Of a stretch of DNA of 64,000 nt, positions 1 through 14,000 are shown piece by piece (position 1 is the first letter of the stretch; each line of letters begins with the position of its first letter). Source of the DNA: Catajapyx aquilonaris (Eukaryota); NCBI GenBank assembly GCA_000934665.2, contig KZ538198.1, positions 1 to 64,000 of the forward strand. Direction: 5' to 3'. The notes beneath the pieces were generated by a model. The model did no database searches, was not told the origin of the DNA, and saw nothing but the letters and a program-made list of their open reading frames with translations. The position numbers and the translations under genes are program-made.

Positions 1-26
1 GACTCAATGTACAAAGTCAATCCCCT

Positions 27-79
27 CCCAGGTTCTCTCCTGCCAACTAGTGAGGGACGTCACATTCTACAGGGTCACA
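27..79 (+). repeat. Short dispersed repeat fragment, copy 1
   Basis: cccagg..c.ctcctgcca.ct.gtgaggg(g)acgtcaca... aligns with 57564-57618 in the same orientation. Confidence 0.6.
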
Positions 80-3000
80 TATAGGGTTGTGGTCTAATAA
101 GTGCGCATTTTCCCCAGGTCTTAAAATGTGTGAGCGACAACTCAATTTTACAGTCGTCCATTGCCCCCTGCTTGCTCCCTAAGGCTGAGGTTGCGTGCTT
201 TACATACTCTTATTAGGAGAGCTTCTTAATTTGCTTAATGGACAGCTATATATCATCTCAAAAGTATGTATGAGATCTAATCAGTGTGCATCCACACACG
301 CACACAATTGTCATTACTCCTCCAACAGCAAGCGTCCACAACACCAGATGTGACCATTTCATTTTCAGCGCAGCAATAAGCTTATTATGAGACAGGTATG
401 GCCGGATTATTACAGCGTGTATGTCAGGTCCGAATTTGGAATTACACTGCTTTTTTTTTAGCGGCAGAGGTAATGGGTAGGATGGTAATGAGAAGCAAAT
501 GACTCTCACTTGTGTTGGTGTAATGGCAGGCAGGCATGCGGACATTGGTAGTGTGCAAGCACCCGGTTTTTTTGAGAGTCAAAGTATGGGAAGGGAGTAG
601 TGCTCACTTATTGGTGGTCAGCCAGCGTGACCCCTGATGGGGTTGGCGTTAATGACTGCCCTCGATCTGACTGATGATGCTGCGAATGATGCCACCGCCT
701 GCTGTGAAAATATTTATGCTCATTTTTTATTATTGATATTTGCATTTAAAGATATAGGTGACGTGTTATGCTGATGTCGAGGTATAAACACTGCTTTCCG
801 CATGTGACTGTCGTAATGATTTTTAGGGATGTAACGATATGCAGAACTATACAGTAGGAGCTTCAAGTACACTCGGGGGTCCGTGCATGTGAAAGTGTCC
901 AAAAAACGCAATCCAATTTTGTTCCGAGTCTTCCTCGAATGTCAACGACAGGGAGCATGGCCCGACAGCTTTTCATTACCTCAAGTGACTGTTTAACTGC
1001 CACCGTGGCAGTGGCGAAAGGCAAATGATCAATAGAGCAAAGTTCAGAGGTGAAAGTGGCACAGGTCTGATCTTGGATTTGGCGCTTTGGTTTAGGGAAA
1101 TTGTTGCGGTGCATATCGCATACGAAATCGATTAGTTGATTGGAGCAGCAGGAAGTATCCGGGACATTTTATCGGAGGAATCCAGGGGTTACTGCAATCG
1201 AAGTTTGGAGTGGTTATTCAGCAGCCAGAGGCTTCAAGCACTGATGTACAGTACAGTGCAGGGTACACTTTATACAGCCTATTTATGATTATTAGCTCAT
1301 AACTAATTTACTTGCTGCGGTTGGGTTGGTGCTCGGTTGTTCTGTAGAGTATGTTTCCTATGTATACACAAAGTGGAGGAATATCGAACAAGAAGGTACT
1401 TTTTGATTAATAATAATTATACTGTATAGCTAATGCTCAGAGGTCTTACTCGTGGCTCGTACTTGAATGTAATATTTTATTCTAACGTTTGGAGAAAATA
1501 ACATACTGATTTCATGTGTGCTGCATGTTTCTGCCAGCACCTAATTTGCAGGTTGAGGGTCGTCACTCGTCGTATGAATTATCAATATCGATTTTCCGCA
1601 GACTGTCGGAGAGACCCTTAAAAATTTATTGTCGGTGTGCCGCTACCAGCACTCACAACAAAGGATCCACAAATTCTGCATTTTTTTGATGATAAACTAA
1701 AGCATGCCGGTAAATTGAGATATTTTTTACTTATCACATGAAACGCATTTTTTTGTCAAAGTTGTGTTTTCAATATTACGACCACGAGCCAATGACGGGG
1801 TGTATCGACGATCCACTTTGTGCTTCAGTTTTGTGTTAGATTTTTTAAAACACCGTGTGTTTGCGCAGCTGCTGGTTTAGTACACCAGGAAATGCAGTCA
1901 ACCATTGTATGGGTATACTAGTGACTTTCCACTTGATTTTGAATGCTAAGTGTAGTGGTGGTACTGTACGCCTTGAGATTCAACCATACGTAGTGTACAT
2001 AACCCGATTAAAATTTTATACAAAAGTAACAATTATGACATTATTAGACCAATACCCACATGACCACAAACCTTAAAGTGCAATGATAAGAATATGGCAA
2101 AATAACTGAATACTAGTTATGTAATCTAAGAATAGAATTTCTCGCAGAATTCTGTAGTGTTGCAGAGCTGCATATATCCGGGGGGGACAATTTATGCCAG
2201 GGCTCCTAACGATATCTTTTATCGTCCTGAGCCGTTAAATGCTCCGAATTCGAACGGAACGGCCTCTGCCAGAGACTTGACTCAAACGATATGGTGGCAA
2301 CCATGAATCACGAACGATCTCATCGAACCGGGTACTGCAACGGCAGTTAAGTATGATAAGGAAAAATCCAACTGGAGATAAGCTGGAAAATAAGTGCTAA
2401 AGGCAGGAAATTCGGCCAGGTTTCTACGATCTGGGCTCAGAAAAACTAGAGCCTTTTCAGCGAACTTTAAAGCTGGCTTAGAGAACTACGATTCCATCCT
2501 GCAACATTATAAGGCACGTTTTCTTTACACTGTATTGGGCAGCAATACTGTACCGCTGACAATTATTTTACTTTAGCATTACATACACGCTTCGAGTATT
2601 TCCGGCCTACATTTTGGAACTATGAAGAAGCTCATATGCTATTCACAGTAATGTATGCAGCCTAATTCAGTATTAATGGCATATAGCAAGTTGGTAGGTC
2701 TATTGTAAACTTTTAAAAATGTAGTGTGTACAAACATCATAAATCATACTGCCTGAATACTGAATACAGATATTGCAAAATTAATATAGTTGTTTGTTTT
2801 TATTTTTTCCTTCTAAATGTACGCTATACGAGTACTTTCCGGAGCAGGACTGCATATATGTATGAATGCCGTCAAGGTACTTCCCATGATTCAGTTAGGC
2901 GCATTGTCAATGTTTAATGCCAACATAAAAATTCTCGTTTGCTGTCATCATATGTGCAGTATGCATGACATAATGGGCAGCAATGAAACTATGATTAAAA

Positions 3001-6000
3001 GGCTTGTGACGTTACTACCAATCTCTGCATCAATAATGTACCTATATCATATTTTATGCTTTTTCAGACGTTGTGTTTGTGTTGAACTACAACAAAGTGA
3101 ATATATTATATTATTATTCAGCTTTTATCACCCCTGCGGTGAATTCAAAAATTATGTACTTTCCTGTGCATGTGTTGTTCACATTTCCCCGACACAAAGC
3201 CTGCTTTACATTTTGCGACAACTTGGCGAGGCCATGTTTGGAGTGGCCTAAAGTTTGAGCCTCTTTCTGTCGTGTAGATCTTGAGCTGACCTCAGTTAGA
3301 ATTAGCCAGGCCATCCGGGCCTCTTCTCTCTTCATCCCCAGCATCCCTCCTCAATCCCTTATCCTTATTCGGGCCAGCTATGTCCCAAGTTGGCGGTGGG
3401 CCGGGGTGACAAATGGCGCCGGCGCTTCTCCCATGTTTCATTCCTCTGGTCCAGAAGGCTGGATCTGTCCGCTTGGGTTAGTTCGGCCGTGTTGGCCCCG
3501 AATAAAAGTTGCCGGATTCCAGGCAGCTCCGGAGCACAAGGCGAGGAGTACAAAATGGAGGAGGTGTCTGAAGGTCTCCTTCGACTTCTAAGAAAGAACA
3601 AAAAAAAAAATTGGGGGGCCGAAAACAGAGCGATTTGTTCCACAATTCTGACAGGCACGTCCGAGAGAAAGATTCATGGCCTGCTTCCACATTTGGAATG
3701 CGATGGTGAAGCGTAGGTCAGAGCAGGAACCATATGGCGTCGTGCTAGGGGATGATTCGCTCCATCCGGGGGGAGTTGGGCGCAAGTGTGTCAGAACGTG
3801 GTGTGTCCAATGCAAGCTAGGTGGCAGCAGTTGCTGGGACAGAGTGGCCAATCTCACCCCGTTCATATGATCTCGATTAAGGGCTTTCATTATTTCCAAC
3901 CGGGGACCTTATTTCGATTCCGATGGAGAGAATAGGGAAATTGGAGTTGCGGGATGGGGGCCTGGGGTATGGTGCACCTAATTCCCAGAATGACTGAGGC
4001 GGTTCATTTTGTGATACGGGTATACGGTCCCTGGGTTTTTGAACCCGGGGATAAAGGGGGGGACTTACGAGGCAATTGGAGAGGTAATAAGTACGGGGGT
4101 TACGCCTAGAGTGCACATGAACTGCATATTGCAGTTCGCTTTATGAGCTGAAAAGACTGCCTTCTGCAGGGTATCGTACTCGTGTCGTGGAATGGGCCTG
4201 ACCGAAATTGCGGCGCGAATTGACTATGACGTTTCTGTTTAATCCGGTAATCATAGAGCAGGTAGAACTAGCGATAGAACGTTTTCGCCGATTAAGAGAA
4301 CGTATAGGAATAAATCGCGACAATCTTGCATTTTGATAGCTAGGCTCATAATTAAAAATATATGTTGCGCAATTCATTCATAGTCCGCTCTGACAGTAAT
4401 CCCGCCAACATTGAACATGTTGAATGTAACTCGTAATTGACGGGCGTTAATGACATTTTATATCATCCAGATTGATGGGTACGACTGTGTAAAATAATAT
4501 TAATAATTTATCAGTACCCGATCAGAATATTTTTGCGGCGTCAATCACCATGCTATTGCATGTTGACGGCTAAATGGAAATTATCACCTGTCAGTCTACG
4601 AACTGCAGTGATACATTTTTACACTAATAATAATATGTGACAACCTGAATTGTCGCCATTGAAGCTAGTTTTATGTGGAAGGGACTATTTTCTGATGAGA
4701 TTTTTGCACTTTGGCTTTGAGATGCAGCTGCCCAAACATGCCACTCTCCTTGAACCTATCTGAAGAGGTATCCCACATAAGTTGCATGAATCCCCTGCTG
4801 ATTTATTTGCACCCCTTTCGTGCTACGGCCTGACCAGGATTGTAAGCGAAAATGTGCAAAACGCAGTCTCCCTCGTCTCTCTCCTGGAAAATTTGCGAAA
4901 AAATTCCACCCACCTCGTATCTCATGCTGTCTCGGCATATTGCCGAAATAGAGCCTTTTTTGCGTGTGATTTATGTCCAGTCTCTGCCATCCGCATTTTA
5001 TGCGCTTGTAGATGAATAGTCGGCGATCCTCTTTTTTTCCTACATTCTTATTTTAGCATGCGGATCAATGGCTTTGCGACCTGTAGGATGGTGCAACGCA
5101 GGCTAGTTACAGCATCAAATCAAAATCCCTTTTTGATGAGTCTTTCAGAATAAACAAGCTTTAACTTTAAGGTATGTAGATTAGTTGCAGTCCAGGCCAA
5201 ATCGATATAATTTCAGTGTTGTATAAATTTTTCCTGGGGTTATATACGTCCCTAAGGGGAATTTGCAACCCTATATGGCCAAATGATGATGTAAAAATGT
5301 AATCATAAATTGGTATGGTGATTACGATGCTAATGTATAAATTATTTTTGCAGAAGTATGTGTGGGTATGCAAAAATGATTGCTAATGTAAATTTATTTT
5401 TACGAATTCTTATGCAAAATAGCATAGTAAATTATAATCAGTTAATAAAATAAGTTGAATATAAATGAGCCTTTTAAAAAATTTAAATGTATCGAGTAGA
5501 CTTTGTTAAAAATAGTTATATACGTACGTGAGACCAGAGTGGTTGTAGATCTGATTTCATGCAGTCACATTTTGAGTAAAATAGTGTTTTATCTGATAAC
5601 CTTGTGACACTTAGGTTTTTTCTTCGCCCTTTTTTTTGCATCACCTGCTCCGACAACAATAAATCTGCATTCTCAGCAGAAAGCGAATTCAGACAGCGGA
5701 GGAAGTCGCCCACAAGTCTGGAGGAAGTTTCCTAAGTCAATACGCCCAAGGTTTTGAACGTTTGAATTGTTCTCATTCATTCCAAACACTCTAGGATGCA
5801 CTTGAACTCTGAACTACCTTCTTCATGCCATGTGCACAACACCACCGTAACTTCTTAATGCGAATCGTTAACAATGCATGGGCGAATTATAAGTGTGATA
5901 CAAAGAATACGTGGAAGTCTTTATGCTAACGACGTAGATAATGTTTCAAGGTTCCAGCAAAGGTCGTAAGTGATAGGAGTCAATGATGTACTACAGTAAT

Positions 6001-9000
6001 TAAGATCACAGCATTCCAAGTTATTTCGTATTCATATATGGCTTCATTTATTTCACTTTTGTTAGTAGCTGATTATAACTCCACATTGTTCGTTTAATTG
6101 AACGTTGCCGTAATATTTATTTATTTTAAACCCATGCTGTAATTGTTACACAGGTGTTCAGTGATCAATATTAATGGCGTGGGATTTTAATTTTTTACTC
6201 CATTTGGCATGCATATGGAGTGTCACGATTTCGCTTACCTAATTACAATTTATGCACATTTAAAATAGATTTTGAAAGTACGTTTGGGTTTATTTTAACA
6301 CGGTCGGCTACACTCTGAAATAAGTTCGGAATTGAAATATCGGGATTTTTTTTTTTTCGTCATGTTTCTGCAGTATATTAAATCCCACCTGGATATATAG
6401 CTAAAGGCACATATGTTTCAACAAAGGGCATAGTTTTTATTAATTTGTGTTTTGTGGTGAAACGCAAGATCTATGACCTTTTTTTCAATAATCACAGCAC
6501 ATTCTGCGATTGATAATGACTGACTCCGTAGACACTATTAGGATAGTTTCATCCGGGCCAGGGCCATAATTCCGTCCACCATAAAAAAAGACGGTAAACT
6601 TTGCAGACTATACCAGCACGATTGATTTCTCTTCCCCGAGTGACGTCACGTGGGACATAATAATAGGACTGGAGGGGTGGTGGTGGTAGGTTTATTTCTG
6701 CTTAATGGCAACCCCCAAACGATGACCGCCAAAAAAACAAGACGTGCTCTATGCAAAAAAAGAGGCCAGGGTTGCAAATCGTCTACCTGCAAAGGTTCCC
6801 TCGGCCGCAGAAGGATCCTTTAAAAAGATCATGTTGCCCAGGACGAAAAAAAGCACTAGGACGGCCGACTACTAGGCGACTGTTAAAATTAGCGGCAGCT
6901 GAGTGGTCTACCCAAAATGCACCTTCAATCTATGGCTGGAACACTCACCTTGCTTGCCGCCGCGTGTTTTCAGCAACCTGGGCGCATTATTGACATGCCG
7001 ACTTGTGTCAGCAAATTGTTCGGTTGTTCGGGAGGAACTTACTGATGGGGGTGATGTTGACGTTGGTTTGGATCTGATTGTAGCGTATTTTGAGGGTTGG
7101 TGTACTACATGCTTTTCTCAGAGTTATCTGAGGGTTATGTATACAAGGTGAGTGCACCTTTGCCAGGATTTGTTGGGTGGATTTTGAAATACATTTAAAA
7201 GAAGGTTATTGGACCACACGTTTTAAGAGGTGGTGGCTGATGATTGCTTCAGTGTTGAAAACAAGAGGGCGGCTTCAATTACCTGAACTATGGAACGGGA
7301 AGCTCTGTGCACGGGCAATTACTGTGTTAGGAAGCATGTCGGTGTGCTTTGGAGCAGAACACCAACACGATCAGGTCTAATATGACCACCCCAACCTTGG
7401 CAGCCTTATACAATCTCCAGAGCATGATCCTGTTTGCAGACTTGAGATGGGACATTGTTTTGTTTTTTTAAATCCGGAATAGAGAAGCTGAAAAAGGCCG
7501 GATACCCAATCCCGCTGTTGAAAATCGAGTGACACGGTTGAGTTCCGACCATGGTGGCCTTTGCCATAGCGGCCGAGGGAGTCTTGCGAAATGTTTTATA
7601 TCCCTCTGGTCACTGGGTCCGGTATCAATCAGTCCTGTGAAGGGTGGTCCGCGTAACTTCCTCTCCATACAATCAGGCGTGACGAAGCTTGTCCATTAGC
7701 TGCAGATAAATGCTGTTTCCCCGGCATCCATTTGTCTCATACACGAATTGCCTGCCAAGGAGAAAGAGCTTCTCCAATTACACCGATGCTGCTTCGCGGC
7801 TGCCGGAGTACAAATGGGATTCGTACTGTAATCGCAGAATCGGGTACTCGTTACATTGGGCAGCTCACAATTTAGCAGATCCAACTGGCAACATTTATGA
7901 CGAGCCAGAGGCGTCTGGGCCAATCAGCGCGACTGGTGAGACATCAGTCGCGATGAGTGATTGGCCGGAGTGTCGCTGGGGACTGTGCTGTTGCCAAGTT
8001 GGAGACGGAAGCCGTTTCCGGAGTAGTGGGAATTAAATTAAATTAATTATTTAGGCCAATATTAACTAGGAGAAGTGAAATGCGTATTCGATACACAAAT
8101 AAGCAGTACCTGACATGTTACATTACCTTTAACGGGTTTCTCTTACACCGGCCACATGTGTAAGCGGACTGATGAAACATTGTTGAAGAGTTTTCTGAAG
8201 AGTACACCATTGTTGAACATGCCAGAATGGATGTAATTTTTGAGTGGATGTGGGTCTGTGTGTGTGCCGCTCGATTCCAAGGCACTAATTGCTTTAATGA
8301 GTTGCCCAATTAAAATAGTTAGGTGAAAGGCTGTGATGGAGGCCACAAAAGGGATTCTGCAAACGAGCAGACGAGGCTTGTCTGCCGCTCCTTTTTTGCT
8401 ATTTTGCTTTTATCAATACATCTTTGGCACCAGAGGACCCTATCAAAGGGCTCCTCCTATGCTAAGATTAGTCTTTCGATCAATCTCATGGACGCCTAAA
8501 GGTGAGACCTGAAGGAAATAAACGAACAGGCCTCGCAACACCTCCAACCCCGCCCTGGAACCTTCAGCACGATATTTCCTCCGTCACATTTGGAGATTAC
8601 GTTACTGCATGCAATTTTATGCTGTCCAGAAAATCGCTGTTTGGACAGTATTTCCACTCTCATTGTCAGGTATACTGAGCACACCAGTGTATGTCTAGTG
8701 GCAATAAACCGTCACGTGAGATGGCAATTTGGGTCTCCTTTGTTAATAACTAATATTTTTGTTGGAGTTGCACAACATGCATTATGTCTCACGCGACTGT
8801 TTCGTTTCCGTGGATGTATATGATGTGTAATGTGGAGTACTTTTAAGTTTTGTAACGTGATTTTTTCAGTACTTTTTTGACGGCAAAAGACGCAACATCC
8901 CAAGTGGATTAAATAATATACTGCCGTTTCATGTATACAGATGGTCAGGAAGTGGATTACCATATTTTGAAGGCTATGTCAAGGGGAGAGAACATACATA

Positions 9001-11012
9001 GAGATGAGAAGGAGGAAAATTTGTTTGTCGGGGGAACACTGTCCTATTACATTATTCCCTCTTTCTTACAAGATAGAAAGACGACGTAGGAGTGTCTCAT
9101 TCTATGGCGTGTCCTTAGATGTTGTGTTTGTTGTCATTCAGCTGACGTCGATTGAATGTAAACATGGTATTGCATCACCATGCATTCCACTGCCAAAACC
9201 TTTTGAAGCCGTATCATACCTGTTTTGAAAAGTAGCCAATCGCAATATGTCTCGAGCCTTGTTTATGGCATGCAGTCAAACTATCAGTACTGTATGAGCC
9301 TAACAATCAGTCGCGAAAAACTATTTCTGTCAGCACGCTCAGTAGAGTTGTTCCTCGTACTGACACGCTATTTATTCAGCAAGAAACGATTGGAAATTTA
9401 TCCGAGTTTATGTCGGGTCATTTTAAAGTCTATTCCTTTTCCGCCTACCACTTCCTATGTATATACCACACCCCTCCCCTTTTCCCCAAACTGAATTGGA
9501 CATGAATCATTTGTTGGCTTTAGGGAACACGGGAATATGGCGCTGCAGTAAGGACAAAGTACATCGGTCGATAGCGTTTACTGTCTGAAAGGTACCGAGT
9601 GTTCAGAAAATCGTTACTTGAATATTCAAGAGTGAAACCTTATTTTAAAATATGGGGTGCTGAGAGCCTGGAAAATGTTGCCGGATTTTCCCCAGAATAT
9701 TCCATGAATTTTGTAACACTGTATTGTTCCGAAGCTAGGTCGGTTCTCATGTTTGATATTATAAGCAGTGTGTATGCAAATTATTGCATATGCACTCAGG
9801 TGGCTGACCTCGTTCAATGTCACGTTCATTCAGTATTACATCCCATCTGATTTTCAAGGCATATTGAGCACCTGTCAGAACCCCCTTTATTCTCGTCGAT
9901 ATATCAGAGCCATAATGCGAATAGTTCCGAATGACTATGATCTATCGGCGAAGAAGGCATGCAATATATGTGCTGTGCCATCGGAAATGGGATGTTGAGG
10001 GCAAAAGCAGTTTGAGGGGGTACAAAAAAATAAAGGACCGTGAGTAGACTCGAGGTGAGATGTATGTAGGCCCATCCACCTGGCGGCCTTGAACTGGCCT
10101 TGAAGTGGTGGTTGACCAGGGAAAAGAGGGAAAGGGAGAATCACAAAGGAATTCTCTTCGCTCACTTTCTCGCCCGCGCTTCTTACGTGAGGACAAGGAC
10201 TGGAATCCAGTTCAAGGAATAGCCGGCCTACCAATCATACGGAACTTATTCCAATATATTATGACATATTTACCCAATTGGGTAGTGTGTATAGACAATT
10301 TCCATATGGTGGACAATGGCCAGTCAGTCAATAGCCATTGATGTCTATTGTGATGTGTGTTACATTATGTATAAGTCCTAAAATGGAGAGGCATGACACC
10401 ACATTTGCAAGGCATAGGTCCGATTTAATGCGTGTCTCAAACATGTATGACAGGCCTTGGTCGAAGGTTGCTTTGTGCGACATGGGCTGTAACCAAACCC
10501 CAGGCAAGGACACACTTGAGTGTATTTGCAGACAACGTGGTGTGGGTGTGAAATGTCCGGGTAAAAGTGCAAACAACCGTCCTTATGAAACACACCCAGG
10601 TGGTGTCAACGATGGATGAAAGCTTGGGGAGAAAATTTTTCAGGCTGCTCCGAAATATTACGTCGTACTCTGCAGTGCAGATCGACAACCTTTTTGGCTC
10701 CGTGCACGAGTGCCCCCGCCAACAGTCGGTCCCTTTTCTTGGAAACCTTGCCAACAATTGCCAACTTCTGATATGACCTTTTTTTTTCTCATGGGGCGGT
10801 AAATAAGCTCGAACTTTTCAGGAGGTAATTTATCCACCTGTTTTTCCTCTTACGAATTCATGTTCGTATTGTTGCAGGCATATTATACTGAAGAAAAATT
10901 GATTAGGTGTGGCTAATATTAATTCTATTAGTTTATTACTAAAAATGGCTCAATTTGGGTTTAAATTTATTTAGACAGTATACACATGACCTTGTTTAGT
11001 GCTGCCATCTTC

Positions 11013-11079
11013 CTAATGTGTCTTTTCTTATCTTTGCAGGTAAGAGTGTTCCAGTGCCTATATGATGCATGCGGTGAGT
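11013..11079 (+). other. Recursive splice site 1 (CAG|GTAAGA at 11039/11040) with a 34-nt cryptic RS-exon (11040-11073)
   Basis: Branch-like CTAAT 11013-11017, tract tcttttcttatctttgcag, immediately abutting GTAAGAG, and a downstream donor GCG|GTGAGT at 11074-11079. No AG between 11000 and 11037. Confidence 0.75.
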
Positions 11080-14000
11080 TCAGATCACATTTGGGGCAAT
11101 ATATTGGGATGTTTTGAACCCGCACATATTTGTGCGTGTTGTCGTCGCGGAGGGTTTGCATCCCCGTGAGAAGGTGGAATGAGGTTGGGATAGGAAGTGG
11201 ATTAGGATCTGATGGAGGCAATCAGTCGGAGGATGAGCTTGGAATTGGGTGTGGTATATACGGAAAGGAATAGAAGGTGGGTGGGTGTCTGGAATGGCTG
11301 AACTTGGGAAATGAGGATGGTGGCGAAGGATCGCTTTTTCAACCCCAAAAGTGGATGGGGGAGGAGAGTCTTCTAGCCGTAATTTGGGAGGAAACAGGGC
11401 GTCTTCACCTTTGATTGCGATATGAATCATCGAAGGACTTTCATTTCGAGGGGTGGGTGGGCAGACGGGTGGAATTCCTTTTAAATACTCGGTCCAAAGG
11501 GTCCGGGACCTATCTGTGCGTTCAAAGGAATTGAAGCGGAAACCCTGCCATCGATATTGCTCCACCGGAGGATTGAAGAAGCCAGACGCAATATTTTCTA
11601 CGTATAGGCCTATTCAATCGTGCTCACTGCATCACAGGGGCTTCCTATACAAAATAAGGCATGAAACATGAGGAAAGATATACGCTGGGGTTTTACTCTG
11701 CAGCAAGAAACTAGAGACACGCCCAATATAGAGAGGCCCTTTCACATTATTAGGATAATTCAATATAGCGAGCGTCACGAAACTTTCGGCGGTGGATTAC
11801 AGGTTCTTTGTTAAAAGTACTCCATGTGATTATAATGCACCCGGGAGTCATTCATTAGGGGAGGGTTCAATTATGAGGCGGAATTCGCAGCATTATGGGA
11901 ATCTTTGTACTGATTTAGTTTCTGTTATGGATTCATTTGTGTGGAGCAGTTTCTGTTAGTTTTGCCCAAATGGGAGGCGTAACAATATTTGGGCTTATCT
12001 CTAGGAATGAAATACGGTATACCAGAAGCGAGCTTAACAATGAAAATATTATTATTAAACTCTGTTTCGAATCTGGTATGAAATTATGATAAGCACTAAC
12101 TTGTTGAGAGCTTATTGGTATTATAATTTCAGGCCAACCGTGATGTAGCATAATGAATATGAGTATGTCAAGTTGTGGATACTATAAAAAGAGTATTGAT
12201 TCTGCTTGTTCAGTCACGTGTAACAAGAACAAAATTTTCGTCCCGTCGTGGAGACCTGGAAGACAATATCTCCCGCGGTCGGCTAATGGAAGTGTCAAAA
12301 CTCCAGAAGCATTCCGAGAAAACCCCCCTCAGGATTGCAATAGGATGACGTCACATGATATTTCTCATCTCTTCTACCTGTCTGAGCCGAGGATAAAAAT
12401 GAAGCTCCCCCACCGGGACTGTATTACATTCCATGCAGGTTATGCATGAGCTCACATTCAAGCCGCATGTGACGCGTCCGGGGGTCAAACTTCTGTAACG
12501 ACATTTTCTGTTAGGTGTCGAAAATTTTGCAGGGGGGTGCTCTCGAACGTGACTATTATTTACAGCTTCATTTCGCAGACCCCTATCCGCGAAATAAAAA
12601 ATTCCTCGGGCCTCGGGCCACTTTTATTGCCAATATTTTATGCTCCGTAAGAGATCCTCCACTTTTGAAAACCTAATAACTTCCATGCATTAAGTTCAAA
12701 TATTGAAGCAGATTTATGAAGCTTCAGCGCGGGGCTTTTAAAATTGGGTGTTTTGGTAGCGGAGCAATTTAAATCCAATGAACAAGTAAGGGCCTATCGC
12801 CGTTTGAAGGACGAAATCTAATTGTGCCTTAAATGTTCGCACTTGAGAGGGTTGAAGAATAATGGTTGAGACTCTTTTTATGTTGTTGGATGTTCTTGGG
12901 AGGATTCTGCTTCTTTTGGCGCTCAAGCTGCTGACTAGGAATTGATGCTTTCCTTACTACGGAAATAGAATAATGCGGGCCTCCTCGTAAATTCCGGGTG
13001 TAGCTACTTAAAAGCGGCGGCCATTTTACCCTCCTCCGGGCGAGAGATTTAATGCACGTCTACAATAATGAAAAAGAAAATCCTCGGGAAGTTAAGGAGT
13101 TCGCTTGTCGCGAGTTCTGCAATAATGGCGTCCCGTTTTTCGAACATAAATCAAAAAAAGGAGTGCATCAGCTGAAGTTACAAATTGGCCGTTTTGTCAT
13201 GGTCAGAAGCTGTTCTTCAAATGCCCGCAGACAAACGATTACTGCTGGAGCGGAGAAAGTTATGGACCGTTTATATTGTGCTGGATTGTTGGGTAATTTT
13301 TGCTGTCAATTTATTCGCGGTTTCGGTTAGCATGATTGAAATTTAGACTTTGCGCGGGGATTTAATATTTGGTGTGTACTTTTCGTCGTATTTGAGCGCC
13401 ACGGGAAATAATGCATATTAACTGAGTGCATTGTTTGGTAGTGTTTTGGTTAGTTATGCCTCGAACTAGATTTCATGCTGTTTTATACTAATGATAATAA
13501 TTGTATGTGTGCATGCTGATAAATATACGACTAATGAAAAGCATGATTGTTCGGACTGTGCGGTTCATTTAATTTGCGCAGTATTATATTGAATTTATGA
13601 TACTTGGATTTAAAGGCGTAATTAAATTTATCGACATTCCTAACGATAATAGTTAATGCTTACGTTAGTGCAACTTGTACAGAAATTTTGAGCCGAGCTG
13701 CTGAATGTTATATGATGTTTTATCATAGGCGTGTATAATATATATATGTGCAATACATGCACAACAGAAGCCTATACTGCTATACTAAAATATTCAATAT
13801 GGTTCCAATATGCTTAATTTGGCGTAAATCAGACTTTTAATCATGCAAATGTTCATTTGCGCGCTATGATGACATTGTTTACTATGTGTTTCCATTATAC
13901 CAACTCTGTCAACATAGGTGACTTCATAATATGAACAAACTTGCTTATGGCCGTCAGTGTTACACCTGCAGCATTTTAACTTTTAACCGAGTTTCTCTTT

